This document shows, piece by piece, positions 17,298 through 27,552 of a stretch of 64,000 nt of DNA (positions within the stretch are counted from its first letter, which is position 1; each line of letters opens with the position of its first letter). The position numbers and the translations under genes are program-made. The stretch spans positions 3,712,001-3,776,000 of the forward strand of contig OZ245842.1 in the NCBI GenBank assembly GCA_965228895.1, written 5' to 3'. This stretch comes from Alphaproteobacteria bacterium (GTDB lineage Bacteria; Pseudomonadota; Alphaproteobacteria; SP197). The notes beneath the pieces were generated by a model, which saw only the letters and a list, made by a program, of their open reading frames with translations, did no database searches and was not told the origin of the DNA.

Positions 17298-18166
17298 CCG
17301 CCGCGGCGCGAGGTCTCGTAGGCCGCGGACGCCTCATAGTACGCGTCGAAACCAATCCGTCGGCGCAGTTCACCAAAGCCCATCAGCCGTCTGTGGCGCG
17401 GCTGTCCTTCGGCCATGTCGGCCAGGGTTTCGACCATCGCCTGCATGGCGGCGGCCATCAGACTCAGCGGATAGACCGCCAGGCGGAACCCGATGTCGTG
17501 CAGCTCGTCGGGCGGCAAGTCCGGCGTATGGCCACCTTCGATGATGTTGGCCATCTTCGGTCCAGGCAGATTGTCGCAGATGGCGCGCATCTCCGTCTCG
17601 TCCTTCGGCGCTTCGACGAACAGGATGTCCGCTCCCAATTCGGCGAAGACCTCGGCGCGGTGCAGCGCTTCACTCAGCCCCAGCGTCTCGCGCGCGTCGG
17701 TTCGCGCCAGGATCAAGGTGTCGGCGCCGGCATCCCGCGCGTCGATCGCAGCGCGGACGCGGTCAAACGCCTCCTGGCGCCCGACCACCTCTTTACCGGG
17801 CGTATGGCCGCACCGTTTGGGGGCAAGCTGGTCCTCGATCATCACCGCGGCGCCACCCGCGTGCGCTGCGCCCGTCACGGTGCGCCGCACGTTCATCGCG
17901 TTGCCGTAGCCGGTATCGCCGTCCACGATCAACGGGATCGTAATGGCTTCACGGATGTTGCGCGCCTGATCGATAACCTCGCCATAACTCATCAGGCCCA
18001 GATCCGGCTCGCCGATACGGCTGGCCGAGGCGGCGAAACCGGACATGAAGGTCATCTCAAAACCCGCCTGCTCGATAAGCTTGGCCGACAGCGCATCGTA
18101 GCAGCAGGGCGTCGTGAAAAGACGGTCCTGCTCGAGCAGGGAACGCAGGCGATTGGCAGGTGTCAT
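17294..18166 (-). CDS. Isocitrate lyase/PEP mutase-family enzyme (PrpB/carboxy-PEP mutase-like)
   Basis: DGDTGYG, IEDQLAPKRCGH and ARTDA. Confidence 0.9.
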   Translation of the reverse strand: MTPANRLRSLLEQDRLFTTPCCYDALSAKLIEQAGFEMTFMSGFAASASRIGEPDLGLMSYGEVIDQARNIREAITIPLIVDGDTGYGNAMNVRRTVTGAAHAGGAAVMIEDQLAPKRCGHTPGKEVVGRQEAFDRVRAAIDARDAGADTLILARTDARETLGLSEALHRAEVFAELGADILFVEAPKDETEMRAICDNLPGPKMANIIEGGHTPDLPPDELHDIGFRLAVYPLSLMAAAMQAMVETLADMAEGQPRHRRLMGFGELRRRIGFDAYYEASAAYETSRRGG

Positions 18167-18253
18167 GATGTTCTCGTCCTCTTGTCGACGCTACAGGTTA
18201 CGGTGACCCTGGATCGGCCGCCCGGCGTAAGAGCACGTGCAGCGGAGTTCAAG

Positions 18254-19183
18254 TCAGGATTTTCCGAGCACGATCAGGTTGTTGGCTTCGGGCAAGGCGA
18301 AATGGGCGCGGCAGGCGTCGGCAAACGCCTGGACCAGACGGCGCGGCTTGCCGCTCTGAAGGCCCAGAACAAGCCTGAGCGGCGGCGCCGGAGAGCGAAG
18401 TGGCACGGCGACCACGGCCTCGCCAGCATAGCTCACATCGGTCGCCGGCCGCATGTTCAAGAGTGCACCCCCAACGCCGGCGCCGACCAGGCTTCTCACC
18501 ATCTCCGTCGTCGAGGCCGTGGCGACAAAGGCAGCCTCGACCCCGTTGTTTTCGAGCAGCGCGCGGTAGTACTCGCTGGCAAACGGCAGGTCGAGCAGCA
18601 CCAAGGGCAGCTTGGCCAAGTCACGGAAGGTCACGGCGCGTTTCGATGCGAGCCGATGGTCACGGGATATCAGCAGATAAGGCGGTGCCTCGATCAACGT
18701 CTCCCATTCGATGCCCGGCCGCACGTTCTCAGCGACAAAGACAATGACCTCGAATATCCCGTCCAGCAAACCGCCCTGCGCGGCTTCGTTGTCGCACGCG
18801 ACGAAACTTATCCGGACTTCCGGATTGTCGCGGACCAACGGCCCAACAATGGCCGGCATGAACGCCGGCGCGACTGGCGCGTAGTAACCGACCGACAGTT
18901 TGCCCGATAACGCCGCCCGCAGTTCGGCGCCTTCCAGCATCAGGTTTTGGTACTCGTCCAGCAGGTGGCGGATCTTGCGCATCAACTCGATGCCGGCAGC
19001 GGTCGGTCTAACCCCCTTGGCCGGATAGCGCTGCAGGAGCTTCAGGTCGAACGCCTGCTCGACCTGCTCAACGGCACTTGCGACAGCCGAGGGAACGACA
19101 TGGAGTTGATCGGCAGCCCGCGCAATCGAGCGATGCTCGGCGGCAGCGAGAAAATAGGAAAGAGCCTTGATCGAGAGGCGCAT
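18254..19183 (-). CDS. LysR-family transcriptional regulator
   Basis: YFLAAAEHRSIARAADQLHVVPSAV HTH plus substrate-binding domain. Confidence 0.9.
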   Translation of the reverse strand: MRLSIKALSYFLAAAEHRSIARAADQLHVVPSAVASAVEQVEQAFDLKLLQRYPAKGVRPTAAGIELMRKIRHLLDEYQNLMLEGAELRAALSGKLSVGYYAPVAPAFMPAIVGPLVRDNPEVRISFVACDNEAAQGGLLDGIFEVIVFVAENVRPGIEWETLIEAPPYLLISRDHRLASKRAVTFRDLAKLPLVLLDLPFASEYYRALLENNGVEAAFVATASTTEMVRSLVGAGVGGALLNMRPATDVSYAGEAVVAVPLRSPAPPLRLVLGLQSGKPRRLVQAFADACRAHFALPEANNLIVLGKS

Positions 19184-19302
19184 CAGGGGCTGTTTGCGTT
19201 CCCATAGATCTATTTTCTTGATGTTATTATACGTAAAGACCAGTTTTTCAAGACTTAGACAATGCGCCTAGGCTTGTCCGGTTGAACAGCCACGGCACCA
19301 CG

Positions 19303-20325
19303 ATGAGCATCCAAGACACCGCCACACCCGCCCGCCGACACCGCGGCAACGGTTTCGCCAGTCAGTGGCACTATCGCCCGGACGTGCCGATCCAGGTCTC
19401 GCCCCTGTTCGCCTGGCCGCCGGAACCGTTGAAGATGGCGCGCTGGATTTGGGGCTCATGGTTCGTCGTCACCGAACGATCGATCCTGGTCATCGTGGCG
19501 CTGTTGTCCTGGTTCTATGTTCAGCCACCGCTTGAGGTAACCCAGGATCTGGCCTTCGGATGGATTGCCGAGATCTATCTGCGCAACCTCGCCCTCATGA
19601 CCGTTGTGGCCGGCGGCCTGCATCTCTACTTCCACACCTTCCGCCGCCAGGGCGACCGGCGGCGGTTTGACGCCCGGGAACTCGCCGGCAACCAACGCGG
19701 ATTCACGCTGGGCAGCCAATTGCGTGACAACATGGTCTGGACGCTGACCAGCGGCGTTGCGATCTGGACGGCCTATGAGGTCCTGATGTTCTGGGCGATG
19801 GCGAACGGCTTTGCGCCGGTTCTGCTGTGGGACGACAGTCCGGTCTGGTTCGCCGCCCTGTTTTTCCTGACGCCGATCTGGATATCGTTTCATTTCTACT
19901 GGGTGCATCGCTGGCTACATTGGCCGCCGCTCTACAAACGCGCCCATGCCCTGCACCACCGCAATATCAACGTCGGTCCGTGGTCGGGGCTATCCATGCA
20001 CCCGATCGAACACGTGATCTTCTTCTCGTCGATCCTGATCCACTTCATTATCGCCGCCCATCCGATCCACATCCTCTTCCACATGCAGCACCAGGCGCTG
20101 ACCGCGGCGACTTCTCATACCGGTTTCGAAGGGTTGACGGTGAAGGACAAGAACCGCTTGGCACTCGGCACGTTCCATCACCAGATGCACCACCGCTACT
20201 TCCGCTGCAATTACGGCAATCTGGAAATGCCGTGGGACAAGTGGTTCGGTTCGTTCCACGACGGTACCGAAGCCGCCCATGAGCGAATGAAAACCAGCTG
20301 GCGTAAGACAGCCACCAAACACTGA
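19303..20325 (+). CDS. Sterol desaturase/fatty acid hydroxylase-family membrane di-iron enzyme
   Basis: His boxes HRWLH, HALHH and HQMHH; NYG....WDKWFG. Confidence 0.88.
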   Translation: MSIQDTATPARRHRGNGFASQWHYRPDVPIQVSPLFAWPPEPLKMARWIWGSWFVVTERSILVIVALLSWFYVQPPLEVTQDLAFGWIAEIYLRNLALMTVVAGGLHLYFHTFRRQGDRRRFDARELAGNQRGFTLGSQLRDNMVWTLTSGVAIWTAYEVLMFWAMANGFAPVLLWDDSPVWFAALFFLTPIWISFHFYWVHRWLHWPPLYKRAHALHHRNINVGPWSGLSMHPIEHVIFFSSILIHFIIAAHPIHILFHMQHQALTAATSHTGFEGLTVKDKNRLALGTFHHQMHHRYFRCNYGNLEMPWDKWFGSFHDGTEAAHERMKTSWRKTATKH

Positions 20326-20456
20326 AGGCAATCGGCGCTAGGCCCCGACTTGATGCTGATGGCTGCAGTCACATATCACTTGCGCCACCGCACCTTTCTG
20401 CAATTACATTGCTGCGCAGGCCAGGTCTTGGGCTGCAACAGCAGTGAGCAAAGACT

Positions 20457-21992
20457 ATGTCCCTGCCTGCAGGCCCGCATGTCGACACACGCCGCCCATT
20501 GAGCCGCACACTTCCCGACACCATCGGTGTGTTCGCGCTAGTTGTTGTGTTTTTCTGGTTGATGCAGGGCTTGATGCTCAACCACGACACAAGCTGGTAT
20601 TTGATCTCGACCGGTTGGTGGCTGGATGGCGCACGCATCGGCGAAGAAATCGTAGAGTTGAACCCACCGCTTGCCCAGTACTTGACCGTACCGCCAGTCC
20701 TCATCGCGCGTCTCGCCGATATGGATTCCACCCAGGTGATGGTCATTTACATCGCCGCCATCTGGTTTGTATCTGCCGTCTGGTTCAACACCATCATCGC
20801 GCGATGCCATTGGGTTTCTAGTGTTGAGCGGCGCATCTTTCTCGTTGTCGCTTGCGTATCTCTGTTTCTTCTGGGCCTCAAAGACTTTGCTGAACGCGAC
20901 TACCTTATGATTGTGCTGGCGTTGCCGTACTTTTCCCTTGTGTCGTTTCAACCAGACAAGACCCAACTGGCCCCAATGGAGCGGACATTGATCGGCCTCT
21001 TCGCTGTCCTCGGTTTGGCCCTGAAACCCTACTTTCTTATCTTCCCCGCAACGCTCACGCTTGTTGAAGTCGTGCGCCGGCGATCGCTGGCTCCGGTGAT
21101 TGAGGCACAGAATCTGGCGATCCTGTTTGGATGTGCCGCCTACCTCGCTACCGTCGTCGCGCTTCATCCCGCTTACTTTGAGATCATTGTACCGAAAGCT
21201 TGGGTTACATACGACGCGTTCGGCAGCCACGCCGTCGTTATCGTACACAGGGCACTTCCTGTGTATCTCGCCTGGATCCTCGCACTCTACGGTTTGACCA
21301 AGCTGACGGAGGAAAGATTTGATGTCGCCCTGCGTCTTCTGGTCGCCGCGCTTGCCGGCCTGGTGACATTCTTCGTTCAATTCAAGGGGTGGACATACCA
21401 GCTCGTACCCGCCGCTTTTCTTACTTTTCTGGCGTGTGCATGGGTAGTGATGGGGCTTCTGAAGGATCGTCGCAACCGAGTAAGTGCAGGCGCGCTTGCC
21501 ATTGCAATAGCCGTTTTGCTGGTCACACCTCCCGTCTCACGAGGCGCTTACAAGAACGTCTATCCCGATGCTCTCATCCCGTTCTTCAAAAATGAGCCTG
21601 GCGCGCGAAGCTTCCTTGCTTTGACGACAAACGTATCGGTGAGTTTTCCCATGGCCAACATGGCGGGGGCCGAACCGGTTAGCCGGTTTCCTGCGTTGTG
21701 GGTAATTCCAGGCGCCGTCGCGCGGCTCGCGCAAGAAGATCTGTCCGCGCAAGAAAAGTTTCAACTAAGTGGCTTGCTCGCTTACGCCCGCCAAGCAACA
21801 GTTGAGGACTTCGTTCGTGGTGTACCGGAACTCGTTCTTGTCGATGAAAGGGACGAGAAACCCTATTTCCAAGGCAACGCCTTTGACTACTTGGCCTTTT
21901 TTCGGGCTGATCCTCAGTTCGAAACGCTATGGCAGCGCTATCGATACATCGGTTCGACCTGGAATTTCGACGTTTACCGTTTAGAAGACTAG
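20457..21992 (+). CDS. Polytopic membrane protein, putative GT-C-type (lipid-linked sugar) glycosyltransferase
   Basis: About 11 TMs; acidic first loop NHDTSWY...EIVELNPP, LKPYF motif; adjacent to GtrB and GtrA homologues. Confidence 0.55.
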   Translation: MSLPAGPHVDTRRPLSRTLPDTIGVFALVVVFFWLMQGLMLNHDTSWYLISTGWWLDGARIGEEIVELNPPLAQYLTVPPVLIARLADMDSTQVMVIYIAAIWFVSAVWFNTIIARCHWVSSVERRIFLVVACVSLFLLGLKDFAERDYLMIVLALPYFSLVSFQPDKTQLAPMERTLIGLFAVLGLALKPYFLIFPATLTLVEVVRRRSLAPVIEAQNLAILFGCAAYLATVVALHPAYFEIIVPKAWVTYDAFGSHAVVIVHRALPVYLAWILALYGLTKLTEERFDVALRLLVAALAGLVTFFVQFKGWTYQLVPAAFLTFLACAWVVMGLLKDRRNRVSAGALAIAIAVLLVTPPVSRGAYKNVYPDALIPFFKNEPGARSFLALTTNVSVSFPMANMAGAEPVSRFPALWVIPGAVARLAQEDLSAQEKFQLSGLLAYARQATVEDFVRGVPELVLVDERDEKPYFQGNAFDYLAFFRADPQFETLWQRYRYIGSTWNFDVYRLED

Positions 21993-22135
21993 CTTCTGCG
22001 GGCCTGGTCCTCGAGACGGAGGTCGCGGGTAAGGTTGAACGTGGAGCACATCAAAGCGAGTATTCGCGCTGGGACGATAGGTGTGCGCTGTTCCAAGAGA
22101 CGTCGCGGGGATCACGAGCGTGGGGGCGTAGACTG

Positions 22136-23152
22136 TTGACAACGGAGACTTCTTCCCGGACCGGCCTGGTCGGGCTATCGGTCGTCGTACCGTGTTACAA
22201 TGAAGAGAAGGTGCTGCGCGAACTCCACAATCGCCTTACGTCAGTTTGCCGATCGTGCATGGGTGAGGACTACGAGTTGGTTTTCGTCAGCGATGGGTCG
22301 CGCGACCAGACATGGTCCATGATCAAGACCATGTCGCGCGACGATCCGCGCATTGTCGGCGTCAACCTGTCGCGGAACTTCGGTCATCAGTTGGCTTTAA
22401 CCGCCGGGCTCTCGGTCTGCCAAGGCAAACGCATCCTGATCATCGACGCTGACCTCCAAGACCCCCCGGAACTTCTGGCCGACATGCTGGCGCTCGCCGA
22501 TCAGGGCGCCGACGTCGTTTATGGCCAGCGTCGGACACGAGACGGCGAAACCTGGTTTAAGCGGTCTTCAGCGTCGGTGTTCTATCGCGTGCTCAGGCGT
22601 ATGACCGACATCGACATCCCCGTCGACACTGGCGACTTTCGCCTGATGAGCCGGCGTGCAATGGAATCGTTGCAGGCTATGCCCGAGCAGTTTCGCTTTA
22701 TCCGCGGCATGGTTGCTTGGATCGGGTACAAGCAGGTCGCCTTGCCTTACGACCGCGCGGAACGTTTCGCCGACGAGACGAAGTATTCCTTGAAGAAGAT
22801 GATCTTCTTCTCGCTTGATGCCATTACCGGTTTCTCTACTCGGCCGCTCAGAATGGCGATCTACGTCGGCATTACCCTCGGGCTTCTTTCGCTTACGATG
22901 GTTCTGTTCACGCTCTACAGCTGGATGGTCGGCGACGTGATCCCCGGTTGGACGAGCGTGATGACCGTGATGCTGATCCTTGGCAGCGCCAACATGCTGT
23001 TCCTTGGTGTGATCGGCGAGTATCTGGGACGGCTGTTCCTGGAAGCCAAGCGGCGCCCTCTCTTCATCATCGACGAGCTTGCGCAAGGCGGCGAAACAGC
23101 GCACGCGCCAATGTCGGATGAGAAAACGCCGACGGCGCAAATGGGGCCGTGA
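22136..23152 (+). CDS. GT2 polyprenol-phosphate glycosyltransferase (GtrB/ArnC-like)
   Basis: SVVVPCYNEE, SDGSRD, SRNFGHQ, IDADLQDPP, TGDFRL, two C-terminal TMs and IGEYLGR; start approximate. Confidence 0.9.
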   Translation: MTTETSSRTGLVGLSVVVPCYNEEKVLRELHNRLTSVCRSCMGEDYELVFVSDGSRDQTWSMIKTMSRDDPRIVGVNLSRNFGHQLALTAGLSVCQGKRILIIDADLQDPPELLADMLALADQGADVVYGQRRTRDGETWFKRSSASVFYRVLRRMTDIDIPVDTGDFRLMSRRAMESLQAMPEQFRFIRGMVAWIGYKQVALPYDRAERFADETKYSLKKMIFFSLDAITGFSTRPLRMAIYVGITLGLLSLTMVLFTLYSWMVGDVIPGWTSVMTVMLILGSANMLFLGVIGEYLGRLFLEAKRRPLFIIDELAQGGETAHAPMSDEKTPTAQMGP

Positions 23153-23153
23153 T

Positions 23154-23855
23154 GTGAGGAAGGCCGAATTCGACAAGTTTGCGGACGAATACCTTGCCAC
23201 GCATACGGCGAACATCCGGGCCTCGGGCGAAAGCCCAGCCTATTTTGCTGAGTACAAGATCAAAGACATCGCAGCAGCACTTCGCGGCCGCGGGCCTATC
23301 AAGGACATCCTCGATTTCGGCGGCGGTATCGGTGCATCGGTGCCCTATGTGCGACAGCACTTTCCCGACGCCGTTCTGACCTGCCTTGACGTTTCCAATC
23401 GAAGTCTTGACCTGGCACGTGACAGGCATGGTGAAAGCGCGCGGTTCGTTCACTTCGACGGCCACGAAATTCCATTTTCCAGCAACACCTTCGATGTTGC
23501 CTTTGCTGCGTGTGTGTTTCACCACATCGACGCGGCGGAACATAACGCGCTGCTTCGAGAGCTCTGGCGCGTCCTGCGACCAGGCGGTCATGCGTTCGTG
23601 TTTGAGCACAACCCATACAACCCACTAACGCGGCACGCGGTAAACACTTGCGAGTTTGACAAGAACGCTCTGTTGATAACAGGGCAGTCCATGCGGCGTG
23701 CCTTCAAGACGGCCGGTTTTCGCGGCGCACGCTTGCGTTATCGAATCTTCTTTCCCAGACGGTTGTCGGCCTTGCGCGGGGTCGAACCCTATCTCACTTG
23801 GTTGCCGCTAGGCGCCCAGTACTTTGTTGTCGGAACCAGAGCAATCCTCCGATGA
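23154..23855 (+). CDS. Class I SAM-dependent methyltransferase
   Basis: ILDFGGGIG, FDVAFAACVFHHI and RVLRPGG. Confidence 0.88.
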   Translation: MRKAEFDKFADEYLATHTANIRASGESPAYFAEYKIKDIAAALRGRGPIKDILDFGGGIGASVPYVRQHFPDAVLTCLDVSNRSLDLARDRHGESARFVHFDGHEIPFSSNTFDVAFAACVFHHIDAAEHNALLRELWRVLRPGGHAFVFEHNPYNPLTRHAVNTCEFDKNALLITGQSMRRAFKTAGFRGARLRYRIFFPRRLSALRGVEPYLTWLPLGAQYFVVGTRAILR

Positions 23856-24247
23856 AACGGGAGTTCGTGCGCTTTCTTGTTGTCGGCACCGGCAATACAC
23901 TGGCCGGGCTGTTGGTCATCTTTGCCATGAAGGCATTGCTTGGCGCGAACGATATTGTGGCAAACGCCACTGGCTATCTGGTCGGCCTGTCACTGGGCTT
24001 CACGTTGAACCGCCTATGGACCTTTCGGCATCGAGGCGTTATCGCACCTGCCGCTGTGAAGTTTGCCGTCGCGTTCTTGCTCGCTTACGGCATCAACTTG
24101 GCTGTCGTGATGACTCTCATTCACAACTTCGGCGTAAACAGTTTTGTCGCCCAGGCGCTGGGCGTGCCGCCCTATACAATCGTATTTTTCCTGCTGAGTA
24201 AGCTTGTCGTCTTTCGACCGTCGAAGTCCGCGCCGCCATCAGTCTAA
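23852..24247 (+). CDS. GtrA-family lipid-linked sugar translocase
   Basis: FVRFLVVG..NT and F.LNRLWTF, four TMs; ATGA overlap with the methyltransferase. Confidence 0.88.
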   Translation: MKREFVRFLVVGTGNTLAGLLVIFAMKALLGANDIVANATGYLVGLSLGFTLNRLWTFRHRGVIAPAAVKFAVAFLLAYGINLAVVMTLIHNFGVNSFVAQALGVPPYTIVFFLLSKLVVFRPSKSAPPSV

Positions 24248-24423
24248 ACCACCCTTATCCCGCTTTGACGAGTAGAACAGGGCTAATCGTCAAGTACTGT
24301 TGGTATCGGTTCAGGAAAGTTTGATCGAGAACACGGCTAGGCCCTATTTCAAACATCCGGAACAAAAACCACAGTATGTACAATGCAAACCGGGTCGTAT
24401 TTGTTAGTCCAAGGGAGTCCCCA

Positions 24424-25038
24424 ATGCTTGCCCGCCTTTCACTCGCCGTCTGCCTGTCCGCTGGCTTTTCCACGGCCGCCTTCAGTCAGGATGCCGCCAT
24501 GAGTTTCTTCATCACCAGCGAGAATCCCGGCCAGGGCGCCAATCTGGGCGGCCTCGCCGGCGCCGACGCCAATTGCACGACCCTTGCAGAGGCGGCAGGC
24601 GTCTCCGGCAAGACGTGGCGCGCCTATCTCTCGTCGAGCGCCGAAGACGCGAGGGACCGGATCGGCAGCGGCCCCTGGTACAACGCCGAAGGCGTCAAGA
24701 TTGCCGACGATATCGACGGCCTGCACAGCCAGGAAGACGGGCTGACCAAAACAACGGCGCTCAACGAGCGCGGCGAGATTGTCACCGGACGTGGCGACGA
24801 CCCCAACCGGCACGACATCCTGACCGGGTCCAATCTGGATGGACGCCTGGAGGGTAATGCCTGTGCCGACTGGACAAGCGACGGTGACGGCTCGGCCATG
24901 GTCGGCCATCATGATCGCACCGGCGGTGGTGCCAACCCGACGTCGTGGAATGCCGCCCACGCGTCGCGCGGCTGCAGTCTGGAAGACCTGCGCGGCACCG
25001 GTGGTGACGGCCTCTTCTATTGCTTTGCCATCGACTAA
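24424..25038 (+). CDS. Secreted endostatin/collagen NC10-like (C-type lectin fold) protein
   Basis: Signal peptide; GANLGGLAGADANC..LA.AAG...TWRAYLSS, CADWTS and LFYCFA. Confidence 0.7.
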   Translation: MLARLSLAVCLSAGFSTAAFSQDAAMSFFITSENPGQGANLGGLAGADANCTTLAEAAGVSGKTWRAYLSSSAEDARDRIGSGPWYNAEGVKIADDIDGLHSQEDGLTKTTALNERGEIVTGRGDDPNRHDILTGSNLDGRLEGNACADWTSDGDGSAMVGHHDRTGGGANPTSWNAAHASRGCSLEDLRGTGGDGLFYCFAID

Positions 25039-25047
25039 GCGGCGCAA

Positions 25048-25938
25048 CTAACCAGCCGTCAGTTCCTCCGCCAGCCAGTCGAACACCAGGCGGACCCGTC
25101 GGCTGGTGTTGAGTTCGCGGTGGGCGACCAGCCAGACATCAATGACAAACGGATCGAACCAAGGTGTGGCGCGCCGTACCAGGGGCTCCACATCACCGAC
25201 CTGTTCGATCATGACCCCGATACCCATGCCTTGCTTGACCAGTTCCCAATGCACGAGATGGCTGGCTGTTGAGACAACGAAGTTCTTCGCGGACAGCGCC
25301 ATACCCCGTTCCATCAGGGTTTCCATGTAACGGTCGTTGTCTTGAAAGCCGATAAAGGACGCCTTCGCCATGTCCGTCGGACCGTCAAGGGCACCGACTT
25401 GTTCCAGATAGCCGACACTCGCGTAAAAGCGCACGACGACATCGTCGAGCCGTATGGCGATCAGATCGGGGTCCGTCGGCCGGGCACTGCGGATGGCGAT
25501 ATCGGCTTCGCGCCGGCGCAGGTCGCGAATGCTGTTCGACGCGACGACCTCGACCGTGATGCCGGGCTCGTGCGTGCGAAGTTTCGTCAGGATCGGGGGC
25601 AAGAGGAACGCCGACGTGACCTCGGTTGCCGTGATGGAGACGGTGCCTTCAATCGACTGCGATTGCCCCGACGCCGTCAGCGACACGCGGTTGGCCGCCT
25701 CGCCCATGGCGCGCGCATGCTCGACCAGCTCAAGGCCGCTCGGCGTCAGGGTCAGGCCCCGTCCGACCCGTTCGAACAGCACGACGCCCAGCTCCTCCTC
25801 CAGCGCGCTGACCTGACGCCCAACCGTTGGCTGCGCCATGCCCAGCGCGCGGGCGGCGGCCGACAGCGAGCCCTCCTCCGCGGTCACGAGAAAGGCCCGC
25901 GCGCGGTTCCAGTCGAATTTGATGGAGCGCCAATCCAT
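25048..25938 (-). CDS. LysR-family transcriptional regulator
   Basis: FDWNRARAFLVTAEEGSLSAAARALGMAQPTVGRQ. Confidence 0.92.
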   Translation of the reverse strand: MDWRSIKFDWNRARAFLVTAEEGSLSAAARALGMAQPTVGRQVSALEEELGVVLFERVGRGLTLTPSGLELVEHARAMGEAANRVSLTASGQSQSIEGTVSITATEVTSAFLLPPILTKLRTHEPGITVEVVASNSIRDLRRREADIAIRSARPTDPDLIAIRLDDVVVRFYASVGYLEQVGALDGPTDMAKASFIGFQDNDRYMETLMERGMALSAKNFVVSTASHLVHWELVKQGMGIGVMIEQVGDVEPLVRRATPWFDPFVIDVWLVAHRELNTSRRVRLVFDWLAEELTAG

Positions 25939-26041
25939 GCATTTCTGCATACTAACTAGGCAGAGATTGTCAATTCCCGTCTTATCTTCGTAGAGATAAA
26001 AGCGCGCCCGAGTGGTTATTCTCAGCACGAAAGACATCGCC

Positions 26042-26695
26042 ATGACCGCCATCGACAATCAGGCAGCGCCCATGAAACCGTCAGCCAAGTTCTGGGACCG
26101 GCACGCCAAGGGCTATGCCAAACGTCCCGTCGCCAACCAGGCGGCCTACGAAGAGAAACTCCGTGTGACCCGGGGGTTCTTCCATCCCGACATGGAGGTC
26201 CTGGAGTTCGGCTGCGGCACCGGGTCCACGGCGCTTGCCCACGCACCCTTCGTGAAGCACATCCTGGCCACCGACATCTCCGCCAAGATGCTCGACATCG
26301 CCGAGGCTAAAGCCGAAGCAGGCGGCATCGAGAACGTGACATTCAAGCGCATAGCGTTCGATGACATCGCCGCGCCGGCCGACGGCTTCGACGCCATCCT
26401 AGGCTTGAGCATTCTGCATCTACTCGACGACCGCGATCCGGCGATCGCGAAGGTCTTTCAGATGCTTAAACCTGGCGGCATCTTCGTCTCCAGCACAGCG
26501 TGCCTGGGCGATACCATGAAGTGGTTCAAGCTCATCGCGCCGATCGGCCGGTTCTTCGGCCTGATCCCGCTCGTCAGGGTGTTCACCGAACAGGAGCTCG
26601 TCGCCAGCATCACCAACGGCGGCTTTCAGATCGCACACCAATGGCGACCGGATAAGAGCGTCGGTGTCTTTATCGTGGCGAAAAAGCCGGGCTGA
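26042..26695 (+). CDS. Class I SAM-dependent methyltransferase
   Basis: VLEFGCGTGST, DISAKML and LKPGG; divergent from the LysR gene. Confidence 0.88.
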   Translation: MTAIDNQAAPMKPSAKFWDRHAKGYAKRPVANQAAYEEKLRVTRGFFHPDMEVLEFGCGTGSTALAHAPFVKHILATDISAKMLDIAEAKAEAGGIENVTFKRIAFDDIAAPADGFDAILGLSILHLLDDRDPAIAKVFQMLKPGGIFVSSTACLGDTMKWFKLIAPIGRFFGLIPLVRVFTEQELVASITNGGFQIAHQWRPDKSVGVFIVAKKPG

Positions 26696-26709
26696 CCACG
26701 CGCGATGTC

Positions 26710-27552
26710 CTAATCCAGATCGCTCGCCGCGTGGCGTTCGGGCACCTGGTCTTCTTCCGGGCCCCACGTCCGGTTGACCTTGCGGCCCCGTTTCACTGCC
26801 GGGCGGGCCTCAATCTCCTTGGCCCATCGGATGACGTTCTTGTAGGACGCGGCGTCCAGGAACTCCGAGGCGTCATAGGAGTCGTTCAGCACCAGGCCGC
26901 CATACCATGGGTAGTTCGCCATGTCGGCGATGGTGTAGTCGTCGCCGCAGACGAAGCGCCGCTCCGCCAGGTTCCTGTCGAGCACGTCGAGCAGGCGTTT
27001 GGTCTCCATGGTGAAGCGGTCGATGGCGTATTCGATCTTCACCGGCGCATAGGCATAGAAGTGGCCGAAACCGCCGCCCAGATAGGGCGCGCTGCCCATC
27101 TGCCAGAACAGCCACGAAAAACACTCGGCCCGTTCGGCGGGATCGTAGGGCAGGAACGCATCGAACTTTTCGGCGAGATAGAGCAGGATCGCGCCGGATT
27201 CGAAGACGCGTGTCGGCGGCGTCGTGCTGCGGTCGAGCAAGGCCGGGATCTTCGAGTTCGGGTTGATCTCGACAAAGCCGCTGCCGAATTGGTGGCTCTC
27301 GCCGATCTCGATCAGGAAGGCGTCGTATTCGGCGCCGGTTTTGCCAAGCGCCAGGAGTTCCTCCAGCATGATCGTGACCTTGACACCGTTGGGCGTCGCC
27401 AACGAATAGAGCTGGAGCGGATGCTCGCCGACCGGCAACTCTTTTTCGTGCGTCGCACCGGCGATCGGCCGGTTGATGCTGGCCCAGGTGCCGCCGCTTT
27501 CATGTTCCCACTTCCAGACCTTGGGGGGCGTGTAAGATGTTGTTTCGGACAT
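26710..27552 (-). CDS. yghU: Glutathione-dependent disulfide-bond oxidoreductase (Nu-class GST)
   Basis: YTPPKVWKW, INRPIAGA, LYSLATPNGVKV, NPNSKIPAL and WQMGSAPYLGGGFGHFY. Confidence 0.88.
   Translation of the reverse strand: MSETTSYTPPKVWKWEHESGGTWASINRPIAGATHEKELPVGEHPLQLYSLATPNGVKVTIMLEELLALGKTGAEYDAFLIEIGESHQFGSGFVEINPNSKIPALLDRSTTPPTRVFESGAILLYLAEKFDAFLPYDPAERAECFSWLFWQMGSAPYLGGGFGHFYAYAPVKIEYAIDRFTMETKRLLDVLDRNLAERRFVCGDDYTIADMANYPWYGGLVLNDSYDASEFLDAASYKNVIRWAKEIEARPAVKRGRKVNRTWGPEEDQVPERHAASDLD

Noticed and set aside
17261-18910. 549-aa plus-strand ORF
   Set aside because: Antisense to the lyase and LysR genes, which have clear motifs.
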